Source: Heterodontus francisci (Eukaryota). Taken from it: a DNA stretch of 64,000 nucleotides. Shown piece by piece: positions 11,701-24,000 of this stretch; position 1 is the first letter of the stretch; each line of letters opens with the position of its first letter. A model generated the notes under the pieces. That model saw only the letters and a program-made list of their open reading frames with translations, had not been told where the DNA came from and did no database searches. The translations under genes were made by a program, and so were the position numbers. The stretch covers positions 53,473,401 through 53,537,400 of the forward strand of contig NC_090381.1 of assembly GCF_036365525.1 (NCBI RefSeq). The letters run 5' to 3'.

Positions 11701-14472
11701 AAATAAAAACAAGAAATGCTGGAAATACTCAGATCTGGCAGCATCTGTGGAGAGAGAAGCAGGGTTAACGTTTCAGGTCAGTGACCCTTCTTCAGAACTT
11801 GCAAATATTAGAAATCTAAAAGGTTATAAGCAAGTAAAGCGGGGGTGAGGCAAGAGATAATAAAGGAGAAGGTGTAAATAGGACAAGGTCACAGAATAGC
11901 TGACCAGAAGGTCGTGGAGCAAAGGCAAACAATATGTTAATGGTGTATTGAAAGACAAAGCATTAGTACAGATGGGGTGTTAACAGACTGAAAATTGAAC
12001 AGCCGCAAGTACAAACATGAAAAAAAAAAGTGGGTAAGCAAACTGAACAAACTAAGATGAAATAAAACAAAATAAACGCAAAAAAAAATTTTTTTTAAGG
12101 AAAAAGAGAAATATAACTGAAAATAAAAGTAAAATGGAGCCCGTCATGCTCTGAAATTATTGAACTCAATGTTCAGACCGGCAGGCTGTAATATGCCTAA
12201 TCGGTAAATCAGATGCTGTTCCTCGAGCTTGCGTCGATGTTCACTGGAACACTGCAGCAATCCCAGGACAGAGATGTGAGCATGAGAGCAGGGGGGAGTG
12301 TTGAAATGGCAAGCAACCGGAAACTCGGGGTCCTGCTTGCGGACTGAGCGGAGGTGTTCCGCAAAGCGGTCACCTAATCTGCGTTTGGTCTCCCCAATGT
12401 AGAGGCGACCACATTGTGAGCAGCGAATACAGTACACTACATTGAAAGAAGTACTAGTAAATCGTTGCTTCAACTGAAAGGAGTGTTAGGGGCCAGGGAT
12501 AGTGAGGAGAGAGGAGGTAAATGGGCAGGTATTACACCTCCTGCGATTGCAGGGGAAGGTGCTGTGGGAAGGGGACGAGGTGGTGGGGGTAATGGAGGAG
12601 TGGACCAGGGTGTCATGGAGGGAACGATCCCTTCGGAATGTTGACGAGAAGGGAGGGGAAGATGCGTTTGGTGGTGGCATCACGCCGGCGGTGGCAGAAA
12701 TGGCAGAGGATGATCCTTTGGATATGGAGAATGATGGGGTGGAAAGTGAGGACAAGGGGAACCCTGTCGAGGTTCTGGGAGGGAGGGGAAGGGGTGAGGG
12801 TAGAGGTGCGGGAAATGGGCCGGACACGGTTGAGGGCCCTGTCAACCACAGTGGGGGGGAATCCTCGTTTGAGGAAAAAGAAAGACATATCAGAAGCGCT
12901 GTCATGGAAGGTAGCATCATCAGAGCAGATGCGTCGGAGACGGAGAAACTGGGAGAATGGAATGAAGTCCTTACAGGAGGCAGGGTGTGAAGAAGTGTAG
13001 TCGAGGTAGCTGTGGGAGTCAGTGGAGTTATAATGGATATTAGTGGACAGCCTATCACCAGAGATGGAGATAGAGAAGTCGAGGAAGGGAAGGGAAGTAT
13101 CGGAGATGGACCATGTAAAGGTGAGAGAAGGGTGGAACTTAGAAGCAAAGTTGATAAAGTTTTCCAGTTCGGGGCGGGAACAGGAAATGGCACCGATACA
13201 GTCATCAATGTACCAGAAAAAGACTTGGGGGAGGGGGCCTGAGTAGGACTGGAACAAGGAATGTTCAACATATGCCACAAAAAGACAGGCATAACTGGGA
13301 CCCTTGCGGATACCCATTGCAACACCTTTTACTTGAAGGAAGTGAGTGGAGTTGAAGGAGAAGTTGTTCAATGCGAGAACAAGTTCAGCCAGGTGGAGGA
13401 GGACGGTGGTGGATGGGGACTGGTTGAGCCTCAGCTCAAGGAAGAAGCGGAGAGCCCTCAGACCGTCCTGGTGGGGGATGGAGGTGTAGAGAGATTGGAC
13501 GTCCATAGTGAAGAGGAGGCGGTTGGGGCCAGGAAACTGGAAATTGTCAAAATGACGTAGGACGTCAGATGAGTCACGGATGTAGGTGGGAAGAGACTGG
13601 ACCAGAGGAGAAAAGATAGAGTCAAGACAGGAAGAAATAAGTTCAGTGAGGCAGGAGCAGGCTGACACAATGGGTCTGCCGGGACAGTCCTGTTTGTGGA
13701 TTTTGGGAAGGAGGTAGAAGCGGGCTGTCCGGGGTTGTGGGACTATGAGGTTGGAAGCTGTAGAGGGAAGTTCTCCCGAGGAGATGAGGTCAGTGACAGT
13801 CCTTTGGACAGTAGCTTGATGTTCGGTGGTGGGGTCATGGTCCAGAGGGAGGTAGGAAGAAGTGTCTGAGAGTTTGCGCTGAGCCTCTGCAAGGTAGAGG
13901 TCGGTACGCCAAACAGCAATAGCACCACTCTCGTCTGCAGGTTTGATGACCATGTCGGGGTTAGACCAGAGAGAACGGAGTGCCTCAAGTTCAGAGGGGG
14001 ACAGGTTCGAGTGAGTGAGGGGGCAGAGAAATTGAGACGACCAATGTCGCTCCGACAGTTTTCAGTGAAAAGATCAAGAACGGGTAAGAGGCCTGGGGGA
14101 GTGGTCCAGGTCGAGGGAGAATGCTGGAGGCGGATGAATGGGTCTACTGATCGGGGGAAGGACTCCTGGTCAAAGAAGTGAGCCCGGAGGCGACGGAAGA
14201 AGAGCTCAACGTCATGCCGTGCGCGAAATTCATTGAGGTGGGGGCGTAAGCAGATAAAACTGAGACCTTTGCTGAGTGCAGAACGTTCAGCGTCAGAGAG
14301 GGGGAGGTCAGAGGGTATGGTGAATACACGGCAAGGGGTCAGATCAGAAGGGGTGGGGTCAGAGGGAAGTGAAGGGGAAGAAGGATCTGGAGGGGCATTA
14401 GTCCCCATCAGCTGCTGGAGCTTGCGTTCCTTAACACCTGAAAGGAAGAAAAAGAGTTTTTTGTAAATGCAA
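11701..14472 (-). mobile_element. Second Penelope-like element of the same family, 5'-truncated
   Basis: ORF 12613-13953 is an RT (YIDD); ORF 12144-12473 is a GIY-YIG domain (VYCIRC..C..LYIGETKRRL..RF.EH); TSD aagtatcccatatg at 11687-11700 and 14473-14486. Confidence 0.9.
11763..11799 (-). ncRNA. Minimal hammerhead ribozyme motif in the Penelope terminal repeat (variant copies at ~7660-7696 and ~10927-10964)
   Basis: Minus strand reads agtt-CTGAAGA-agggtcactgacct-GAAAC-GTT-aacc: core CUGANGA and GAAA, a stem II hairpin, a palindromic loopless stem III (AACGUU) and stem I gtt/aac. Confidence 0.6.
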
Positions 14473-15404
14473 AAGTATCCCATATGCCTTCCTAACCACC
14501 TTATCTACCTGTGCTGCTGCCTTCAGTGATCTATGGACAAGTACACCAAGGTCCCTCTGTACTGCCTAGGGTCCTACCAAACATTATATGTTCCCATGCC
14601 TTCTTAGTCCTCCCAAAATGCAACACCTCACACTTCTCAGGATTAAATTCCATTTGCCACTGCTCTGCCCCTCTTACCAGCCTATCTATATCGTCCTGTA
14701 ATCTAAGGCTTTCCTCCTCACTATTTACGACATCACCAATTTTTGTGTCATCTGCGAATTTTCTGATCATCCCTCCTGTATTCATGTCTAAATCATTAAT
14801 GTACACTGCAAACAACAAGGGTCCCAGCACCGATCCCTGTGGTACACCACTGGTTACAAGCTTCTAATCGCAAAAATAACCCTCGACCATCACCCTCTGC
14901 CACTAAGCCAATTTTGGATCCAATTTGCCAAATTGTCCGAGATCCCATGGGCTCTTACCTTCTTGGCCAATCTCCCATGCGGGACCTTGACAAAAGCCTT
15001 ACTGAAGTCCATGTAGACTACGTCAACTGCCTTACCCTCATCTACACACCTAGTCACCTCCTTGAAAGATCCAATCAAATTTGAGAGACATGTGAAATAG
15101 CAGTCAACGAGCAAGTAGAATGCTGAATTATATAGCTAAATTGTTGGAATACAACTCAGAAGATGACCTGCTAAAATTGTACAATGTACTCATCAGACTG
15201 CATCTTGGGTACTGCATTTACTTTTGGTCGCTGAGATGCAACAAAGATATTAAAGTCCAGGAGATAGTGCAGTGAAGAGTGGTGAAGCTGATCTCTAGCT
15301 ACTGAGAACTGAGTTTGAGGAAATAATTCAGAAACTTGGATAATGCAGTCTTAAGAGTAGGAAACGAAGAAGGAACTAAACAGTATAGATAAAGGAAAGC
15401 TGGA

Positions 15405-16857
15405 GTAAAAGCAAAATATTGCAGATGCTGGAAATCTGAAGCAAAAACAAAAAGTGCTGCAAATACTCAGCATGTCTGGCAGCATTTGTGGAGAGAGAAG
15501 CAATGTTAACGTTTCAGGTCTGCTCCAATGTTCCAGTAAACATCAACGCAAGCTTGAGGAGCAGTGCCTGATCTTTCAATTAGGCACTCTACAGCCTTGC
15601 AGACTGAACATTGAGTTCAATAACTTCAGAGCATGACTGGCCTTTTTTAATATTTTATTTTTTCACCATTTGACTGCTTTTCATGTCGTCAGAGCTGTTC
15701 GTTATTCCGGTATTAACAGTCTCTCAGGACTAATGCTTTGTCTTTCACCAGAAGCATTAACACACGCTTTGCCTTTTTCCCAGCACTGCTTCAAGTACAC
15801 TCACTTCCTTCAAGTAAAAGGTGTTGCTATGGGTACTGCATGGGTCCTAGTTATGCTTGTCTTTTTGTGGGATATGTCGAACATTCCTTGTTCCATTCCT
15901 ACTCAGGCCCCCTTCCCTTACTCTTTTTCTGGTACGTTGATGACTGTATGGGTGCCATTTCCTGCTCCCACCCTGAACTGGAAAACTTCATCAACTTTGC
16001 TTCCAATTTTTGCCCTTCTCTCACCTTTACATGGTTCATCTCCGACACATCCCTTCCCTTCCTCGACCTCTTTGTCTCTATCTCTGTGGATGGGCTGTCC
16101 ACAAATATTCATTATAAGACCACCGACTCCCATAGCTACCTCAACCACACTTCACACCCTGCCTCCTGTAAGGACTCCATTCCATTCTCCCAGTTTCTCC
16201 ATCTCCGACGAATCTGCTCTGATGATGCAATCTTCCACAAAAGCGCCTTTGATATTTCTTCCTTTTTCCTCAACCGAGGACTCCACCCCCCCCCCCCCCC
16301 CCCCCCCCCCCTCACTGTGGTTGACAGGGCCCTCAACTGTGTCCGGCCCATTTCCCGCACTTCTGCCCTCAAGCCTTCCCCTCCCAGAACCGCGACAGGG
16401 TTCCCCTTGTCCTCACTTTCCACCCCACCAGCCACCACATCCAGAGGATCATCCTCTGCCATTTTCACCACCTCCAGCATGATACCACCACCAAACACAT
16501 CTTCCCCTCCCCTGACAGCATTCCGAAGGAATCATTCCCTCCATTGCACCCTGATCCACTCCTCCATTGCCCCTGACACTAGGTCCCCTTCCCACAGCAC
16601 CTTCCCTTGCTATCGCAGGAGCTGTAATACCTGCCCTTTTATCTCCTCTCACATCACTATCCAAGACCACAAACACTCCTTTCAGGTGAAGCAGCGATTT
16701 ACTTGTACTTCTTTCAATTTGGTATACTGTATTCGCTGCTCCAATGCGGTCTCCTCTACACTGGGGAGACCAAATGCAGATTGGGTGACCGCTTTGCTGC
16801 ATACCTCCGCTCAGTCCGAAAGCATGATCCTGAGCTTCCGGTTGCCTGCCATTTTTT
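15405..16857 (+). mobile_element. Third, rearranged Penelope-like fragment
   Basis: 15405-15520 matches the terminal repeat in minus orientation; 15520-15636 encodes the GIY-YIG C-terminus (LNIEFNNFRA) in plus orientation; 15795-16857 is RT/EN (YVDD, LYTGETK) in plus orientation. Confidence 0.8.
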
Positions 16858-16859
16858 AA

Positions 16860-19800
16860 AAACATTCATTCATGGGAAGTGGGCGACGCTGGCCAGGCCA
16901 GCATTTATTGCCCATCCCTAATTGCCCTTGAGAAGGTGGTGGTGAGCTGCCTTCTTGAACTGCTGCAGTCCATTTAGGGCAGGTGTACCCACAGTGCTGT
17001 TAGGAAGGGAGTTCCAGGATGTTGACCCAGCGACAGTGAATGAACGGCGATATAGTTCCAAGTCAGGATGGTGTGTGACTTGGAGGGGAACTTGCAGGTG
17101 GTGGTGTTCACAAGCATTTGCTGCCCTTGTCCTTCTAGTTGGTAGAAGTCGCGGGTTTGGAAGGTGCTGTCTAAGGAGCCTTGGTGCATTGCTGTAGTGC
17201 ATCTTGTAGATGGTACACACTGCTGGCACTGTGCGTCGGTGGTGGAGGGAGTGAATGTAGATGTGGTGCCAATCAAGCGGGCTACTTTGTCCTGGATGGT
17301 GTCGAGCTTCTTGAGCTGCACCCATCCAGGCAAGTGGAGAGTATTCCATCACACTCCTGACTTGTGCCTTGTAGATGGTGGACAGGCTTTGGGGAGTCAG
17401 GAGGTGAGTTACTCGCCTCAAGATTCCTAGCCTCTGACCTGCTCTTGTAGCCATGGTATTTATATGGCTACTCCAGTTTAGTTTCTGGTCAATGGTAGCC
17501 CCGAGCATGTAGATAGTGGGGGATTCAGCGATGGTAATGCTGTTGAATGTCAAAGGGAGATGGTTAGATTTCCTCTTGTTGGAGATGGTCATTGCCCGGC
17601 ACTTGTGTGGCGCGAATGTTACTTGCCACTTATCTGCCCAAGCCTGGATATTGTCCAGGTCTTGCTGCATTTCTACACGGACTGCTTCAGTATCTGAGGA
17701 GTCACCAATGGTGCTGAACATTGTGCAATCATCAGCGGACATCCCCACTTCTGACCTTGTGATTGAAGGAAGGTGATCGATGAAGCAGCTGAAGATGGTT
17801 GGGCCCAGGACACTACCCTGAGGAACTCTTGCAGTGATGTGCTGGAACTCAGATGATTGACGTCCAACAACCACAACCATCTTCCTTTGCGCTAGGTATG
17901 ACTCCAGCCAGCGGAGGGTTTTCCCCCTGATTCCCATTGACCTCAGTTCTGCCAGGGCTCCTTGATGCCATACTCGGTCAAATGCTGCTTTGATGTCAAG
18001 GACAGTCACTATCACCTCACCTCATGAGTTCAGCTCTTTTGTTCATGTTTGAACCAAGGCTGTAATGAGGTCAGGAGCTGAGTGGCCCTGGCGGAACCCA
18101 AACTGAGTGTCACTGAGCAGGTTATTGCTAAGCAAGTGCCGCTTGATGGCACTGTTGATGACACCTTCTATCACTTTACTGATGATTGAGAGTAGACTAA
18201 TGGGGCGGTCGTTGGCCGGGTTGGACTTGTCCTGCTTTTTGTGTGCAGCACATACCTGGGCAATTTTCCACATTGCAGGGTAGATGCCAGTGTTGTAGCT
18301 GTACTGGAACAGCTTGGCTAGGGGCGCGGCAAGTTCTGGAATACAGGTCTTCAGTGCTATTGCCGGAATATTGTCAGGGCCCATAGCTTTTGCAGTATCC
18401 AGTGTCTTCAGTCGTTTCTTGATATCACGCGGAGTGAATTGAATTGGCTGAAGTCTGGCATCTGTGATGCTGGGGACTTCAGGAGGAGGCCGAGATGGAT
18501 CATCAACTGGGCACTTCTGGCTGAAGATTGTTGCAAATGCTTCAGCTTTATCTTTCGCACTGATGTGCTGGGCTCCCCCATCATTGAGGATGGGGATATT
18601 TGTGGAGCCAGCTCCTCCAGTTAGTTGTTTAATTGTCCACCACCATTCACAGCTGGATGTGGCAGGACTGCAGAGCTTAGATGTGATCCGTTGATTATGG
18701 GATCGCTTAGCTCTGTCTATCGCATGCTGCTTACGCAGTTTGGCATGCAAGTAGTCCTGGGTTGTAGCTTCACCATTTTGAGGTATGCCTGGTGCTGCTC
18801 CTGGCATGCCCTCCTGCACTCTTCATTGAACCAGGGTTGCTCTCCTGGCTTGATGGTAATGGTAGAGTGGGGGATATGCCAGGCCATGAGGTTACAGATT
18901 GTGGTTGAGTACAATTCTGCTGCTGCTGATGGCCCACAGCACCTCATGGATGCCCAGTTTTGCATTGCTAGATCTGTTGGAAATCTATCCCATTTAGCAC
19001 GGTGATAGTGCCACACAACACGATGGACGGTATCCTCAATGTGAAGGCGGGACTTCGTCTCCACAAGGACTGTGCGGTGGTCACTCCCACCAATGCTGTC
19101 ATGGACAGAAGCATCTGCGGCAGGCAGATTGGTGAGGACGAGGTCAAGTATGTTTTTCCCTCGTGTTGGCAGCCCCAGTCTAGCAGCTGTGTCCTTTAGG
19201 ACTCGGCCAGCTTGGTCAGTAGTGGTGCTACTGAGCCAATCTTGGTGATGGACATTGAAGTCCCCCACCCATAGAACATTTTGTGCCCTTGTCATCCTCA
19301 ATGCTTCCTCCAAGTGGTGTTAAACATGGAGGAGTACTGAGTCATCAGCTGAGGGAGGGCGGTAGGTGGTAATCAGTAGGAGGTTACTTTGCCCTTGTTT
19401 GACCTGATGCCATGAGACTTCATGGGGTCCGGAGTCGATGTTGAGGACTCCCAGGGCAACTCCCTCCCTACTGTCTACCACTGTGCCACCACCTCTTGTG
19501 GGTCTGTTCTGCCGGTGGGACAGGACATATCTGGGGATGGTGATGGCAGTGTCTGGGACATTGTCTGTAAGCTCTGATTCCGTGAGTATGAGTGTGTCAG
19601 GCTGTTGCTTGACTAGTCTGTGGGACAGCTCTCCCAACTTTGGCACAAGCCCCCAGCTGTTGGTCAGGAAGATTTTGCCGGGTCGACTGGGCTAGGTTTG
19701 CCCTTGTCGTTTCTGGTGCCGAGGTCGATGCCGGGTGGTCTGTCCAGTTTCATTCCTGTTTATTGACTTCGTAGCGGTTAGGTTCAACTGAGTGGCTTGC

Positions 19801-20105
19801 GAGGCCATTTCAGAGGGCATGTAAGAGTTAACCACATTGCTGTGGGTCTGTAGTCACATGTCGGCCAGACCAGCTAAGGACAGCAGATTTCCTTCCCTGA
19901 AGGACATTAGTGAACCAGATGAGTTTTTACAACAATCGACAATGGTTTCATGGCCATCATTAGACTAGCTTTTAATTCCAGATTTATTAATTAAATTCAA
20001 ATTCCACCTTCTGCTGTGGTGGGATTCAAACCCATGTCCCCAGAGCAATACCCTGGGTCTCTGGGTTACTAGTCCAGTGATAATACCAGTACGCCACCGC
20101 CTACC
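16860..20105 (-). mobile_element. CR1/L2-group LINE, apparently full length: tRNA-like 5' head, APE endonuclease + RT, no ORF1
   Basis: Endonuclease motifs ILTES, GDFN.HH, LDLVLTN, SDH; RT motifs KAMGPDNIP, QFGFR, DIKAAFD, PQGSVLGP, ADD; 3' end with (atga/tgaa)n tail near 16865. Confidence 0.85.
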
Positions 20106-20732
20106 CAAAAGTGCATTGGCCTACGGTATCTTTCTAAATGCAGGTAACAAAGATGACTCTGGGTAGGTGGCAGTCAGAAGGTGGCAACCACATGACCCAG
20201 GGAGCCAGCTTTCAACTCAGAATGTAACTCTGACAACTTAAGCTGACACCAAAATTTAAGTTACTGTGTTATCCTGATACTATTCTGATCTAGAGATGCA
20301 TACTTGAGGTAGATTGTTAAATTGTCTTCCTAATGTCTCTGACGCACGTGTAGACACACATACACACACTCTCACACTGAAGTGTTTGGAGATGATTTTC
20401 TTTGTGTTATTATCTTGGTGTCTCTGTTGCTATTTTCAGTAAATTAAGGAATCAAAAATTGGCAGAAATGACTGAGGCTGTCGAATGCAGGAAAGTTTTC
20501 ACAGGTGACAGGGTTTTATTTACCAGTTTTGGATGTCTTAATTCACTGAAAAGAGTTCATCCTCATTATATAAGGAATGATGGTGGAACACATCAAAGAT
20601 AAATAAACCAACCTTCCAGTTTGTGTATGTTTTATAAATCTGTTCACAAAGTGTTTTTCAGTGACCATTCTTTATTAATAGATACTGGTGCAACTTTCAT
20701 TGATGGAGTGAATTGTTGAAATTAACTGTGGT

Positions 20733-20738
20733 TTTATT
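20733..20738 (-). promoter_or_regulatory. Candidate polyadenylation signal for the nested latexin-family gene (alternative at 20671-20676)
   Basis: AATAAA on the minus strand ~280 nt downstream of the stop at 21019; the region is AT-rich, so chance occurrence is possible. Confidence 0.3.
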
Positions 20739-21018
20739 AATCTGACATTAAGGTAACTTACTGGCTTGACTGATCTTCAGTATCTTGTACCATTTAAATA
20801 TTTTTATACCAGTAGTGGAAAATGTAATTTCAAAATCTTAAGACAACATTTGAAGTGGTAGTATTGCATTCACTGTTAGTTGCAAGTTATCTGTAAGTTA
20901 ATTCGAATACAGTGTTGGTAAAGTCCATTTTCTCACAGGCGTATTTTATGTGCTACAAGTACAGTGGGAAATAAACAATTGTAGTAAATGTGGATCTTCC
21001 TACATGAGTGGTTTGCAC

Positions 21019-24000
21019 TCAGTTCATGGGAAAACGTTCCATAGCTGACCCTTCAAACCTTTGTGATCCTGCCCCTTCAAGTCTTTCTGATCCTGCCCCT
21101 TCGAGTCTTTGTGATCCTGCCCCTTCGAGTCTTTGTGATCCTGCCCCTTCGAGTCTTTGTGATCCTGCCCCTTCGAGTCTTTGTGATCCTGACCCTTCGA
21201 GTCTTTCTGATCCTGACCCTTCGAGTCTTTCTGATCCTGCCCCTTCGAGTCTTTCTGATCCTGCCCCTTCGAGTCTTTCTGATCCTGCCCCTTCGAGTCT
21301 TTCTGATCCTGCCCCTTCGAGTCTTTCTCGCCCTGCCCCTCCGAGTCTTTCTCGCCCTGCCCCTCCGAGTCTTTCTCGCCCTGCCCCTCCGAGTCTTTCT
21401 CGCCCTGCCCCTCCGAGTCTTTCTCGCCCTGCCCCTCCGAGTCTTTCTCGCCCTGCCCCTCCGAGTCTTTCTCGCCCTGCCCCTCCGAGTCTTTCTCGCC
21501 CTGCCCCTCCGAGTCTTTCTCGCCCTGCCCCTCCGAGTCTTTCTCGCCCTGCCCCTCCGAGTCTTTCTCGCCCTGCCCCTCCGAGTCTTTCTCGCCCTGC
21601 CCCTCCGAGTCTTTCTCGCCCTGCCCCTCCGAGTCTTTCTCGCCCTGCCCCTCCGAGTCTTTCTCGCCCTGCCCCTCCGAGTCTTTCTCGCCCTGCCCCT
21701 CCGAGTCTTTCTCGCCCTGCCCCTCCGAGTCTTTCTCGCCCTGCCCCTCCGAGTCTTTCTCGCCCTGCCCCTCCGAGTCTTTCTCGCCCTGCCCCTCCGA
21801 GTCTTTCTCGCCCTGCCCCTCCGAGTCTTTCTCGCCCTGCCCCTCCGAGTCTTTCTCGCCCTGCCCCTCCGAGTCTTTCTCGCCCTGCCCCTCCGAGTCT
21901 TTCTCGCCCTGCCCCTCCGAGTCTTTCTCGCCCTGCCCCTCCGAGTCTTTCTCGCCCTGCCCCTCCGAGTCTTTCTCGCCCTGCCCCTCCGAGTCTTTCT
22001 CGCCCTGCCCCTCCGAGTCTTTCTCGCCCTGCCCCTCCGAGTCTTTCTCGCCCTGCCCCTCCGAGTCTTTCTCGCCCTGCCCCTCCGAGTCTTTCTCGCC
22101 CTGCCCCTCCGAGTCTTTCTCGCCCTGCCCCTCCGAGTCTTTCTCGCCCTGCCCCTCCGAGTCTTTCTCGCCCTGCCCCTCCGAGTCTTTCTCGCCCTGC
22201 CCCTCCGAGTCTTTCTCGCCCTGCCCCTCCGAGTCTTTCTCGCCCTGCCCCTCCGAGTCTTTCTCGCCCTGCCCCTCCGAGTCTTTCTCGCCCTGCCCCT
22301 CCGAGTCTTTCTCGCCCTGCCCCTCCGAGTCTTTCTCGCCCTGCCCCTCCGAGTCTTTCTCGCCCTGCCCCTCCGAGTCTTTCTCGCCCTGCCCCTCCGA
22401 GTCTTTCTCGCCCTGCCCCTCCGAGTCTTTCTCGCCCTGCCCCTCCGAGTCTTTCTCGCCCTGCCCCTCCGAGTCTTTCTCGCCCTGCCCCTCCGAGTCT
22501 TTCTCGCCCTGCCCCTCCGAGTCTTTCTCGCCCTGCCCCTCCGAGTCTTTCTCGCCCTGCCCCTCCGAGTCTTTCTCGCCCTGCCCCTCCGAGTCTTTCT
22601 CGCCCTGCCCCTCCGAGTCTTTCTCGCCCTGCCCCTCCGAGTCTTTCTCGCCCTGCCCCTCCGAGTCTTTCTCGCCCTGCCCCTCCGAGTCTTTCTCGCC
22701 CTGCCCCTCCGAGTCTTTCTCGCCCTGCCCCTCCGAGTCTTTCTCGCCCTGCCCCTCCGAGTCTTTCTCGCCCTGCCCCTCCGAGTCTTTCTCGCCCTGC
22801 CCCTCCGAGTCTTTCTCGCCCTGCCCCTCCGAGTCTTTCTCGCCCTGCCCCTCCGAGTCTTTCTCGCCCTGCCCCTCCGAGTCTTTCTCGCCCTGCCCCT
22901 CCGAGTCTTTCTCGCCCTGCCCCTCCGAGTCTTTCTCGCCCTGCCCCTCCGAGTCTTTCTCGCCCTGCCCCTCCGAGTCTTTCTCGCCCTGCCCCTCCGA
23001 GTCTTTCTCGCCCTGCCCCTCCGAGTCTTTCTCGCCCTGCCCCTCCGAGTCTTTCTCGCCCTGCCCCTCCGAGTCTTTCTCGCCCTGCCCCTCCGAGTCT
23101 TTCTCGCCCTGCCCCTCCGAGTCTTTCTCGCCCTGCCCCTCCGAGTCTTTCTCGCCCTGCCCCTCCGAGTCTTTCTCGCCCTGCCCCTCCGAGTCTTTCT
23201 CGCCCTGCCCCTCCGAGTCTTTCTCGCCCTGCCCCTCCGAGTCTTTCTCGCCCTGCCCCTCCGAGTCTTTCTCGCCCTGCCCCTCCGAGTCTTTCTCGCC
23301 CTGCCCCTCCGAGTCTTTCTCGCCCTGCCCCTCCGAGTCTTTCTCGCCCTGCCCCTCCGAGTCTTTCTCGCCCTGCCCCTCCGAGTCTTTCTCGCCCTGC
23401 CCCTCCGAGTCTTTCTCGCCCTGCCCCTCCGAGTCTTTCTCGCCCTGCCCCTCCGAGTCTTTCTCGCCCTGCCCCTCCGAGTCTTTCTCGCCCTGCCCCT
23501 CCGAGTCTTTCTCGCCCTGCCCCTCCGAGTCTTTCTCGCCCTGCCCCTCCGAGTCTTTCTCGCCCTGCCCCTCCGAGTCTTTCTCGCCCTGCCCCTCCGA
23601 GTCTTTCTCGCCCTGCCCCTCCGAGTCTTTCTCGCCCTGCCCCTCCGAGTCTTTCTCGCCCTGCCCCTCCGAGTCTTTCTCGCCCTGCCCCTCCGAGTCT
23701 TTCTCGCCCTGCCCCTCCGAGTCTTTCTCGCCCTGCCCCTCCGAGTCTTTCTCGCCCTGCCCCTCCGAGTCTTTCTCGCCCTGCCCCTCCGAGTCTTTCT
23801 CGCCCTGCCCCTCCGAGTCTTTCTCGCCCTGCCCCTCCGAGTCTTTCTCGCCCTGCCCCTCCGAGTCTTTCTCGCCCTGCCCCTCCGAGTCTTTCTCGCC
23901 CTGCCCCTCCGAGTCTTTCTCGCCCTGCCCCTCCGAGTCTTTCTCGCCCTGCCCCTCCGAGTCTTTCTCGCCCTGCCCCTCCGAGTCTTTCTCGCCCTGC

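Larger units (their letters stand above)
7477..15090 (-). mobile_element. CR1 LINE split into three pieces (7477-7561, 11129-11700, 14473-15090) by two Penelope-like insertions
   Basis: Minus-strand ORFs 11426-11644, 14531-14830 (KFADD) and 14890-15114 (MDFSKAF) are collinear CR1 RT segments; junctions are flanked by direct repeats. Confidence 0.85.

Noticed and set aside
8557-14466. Many + strand ORFs overlapping the Penelope elements
   Set aside because: These are antisense shadows of the minus-strand RT/endonuclease coding sequence.
16285-16311. Poly-C run giving a polyproline stretch (similar run at ~57640-57661)
   Set aside because: A homopolymer expansion in a dead element or non-coding DNA, with unreliable length and no evidence of function.
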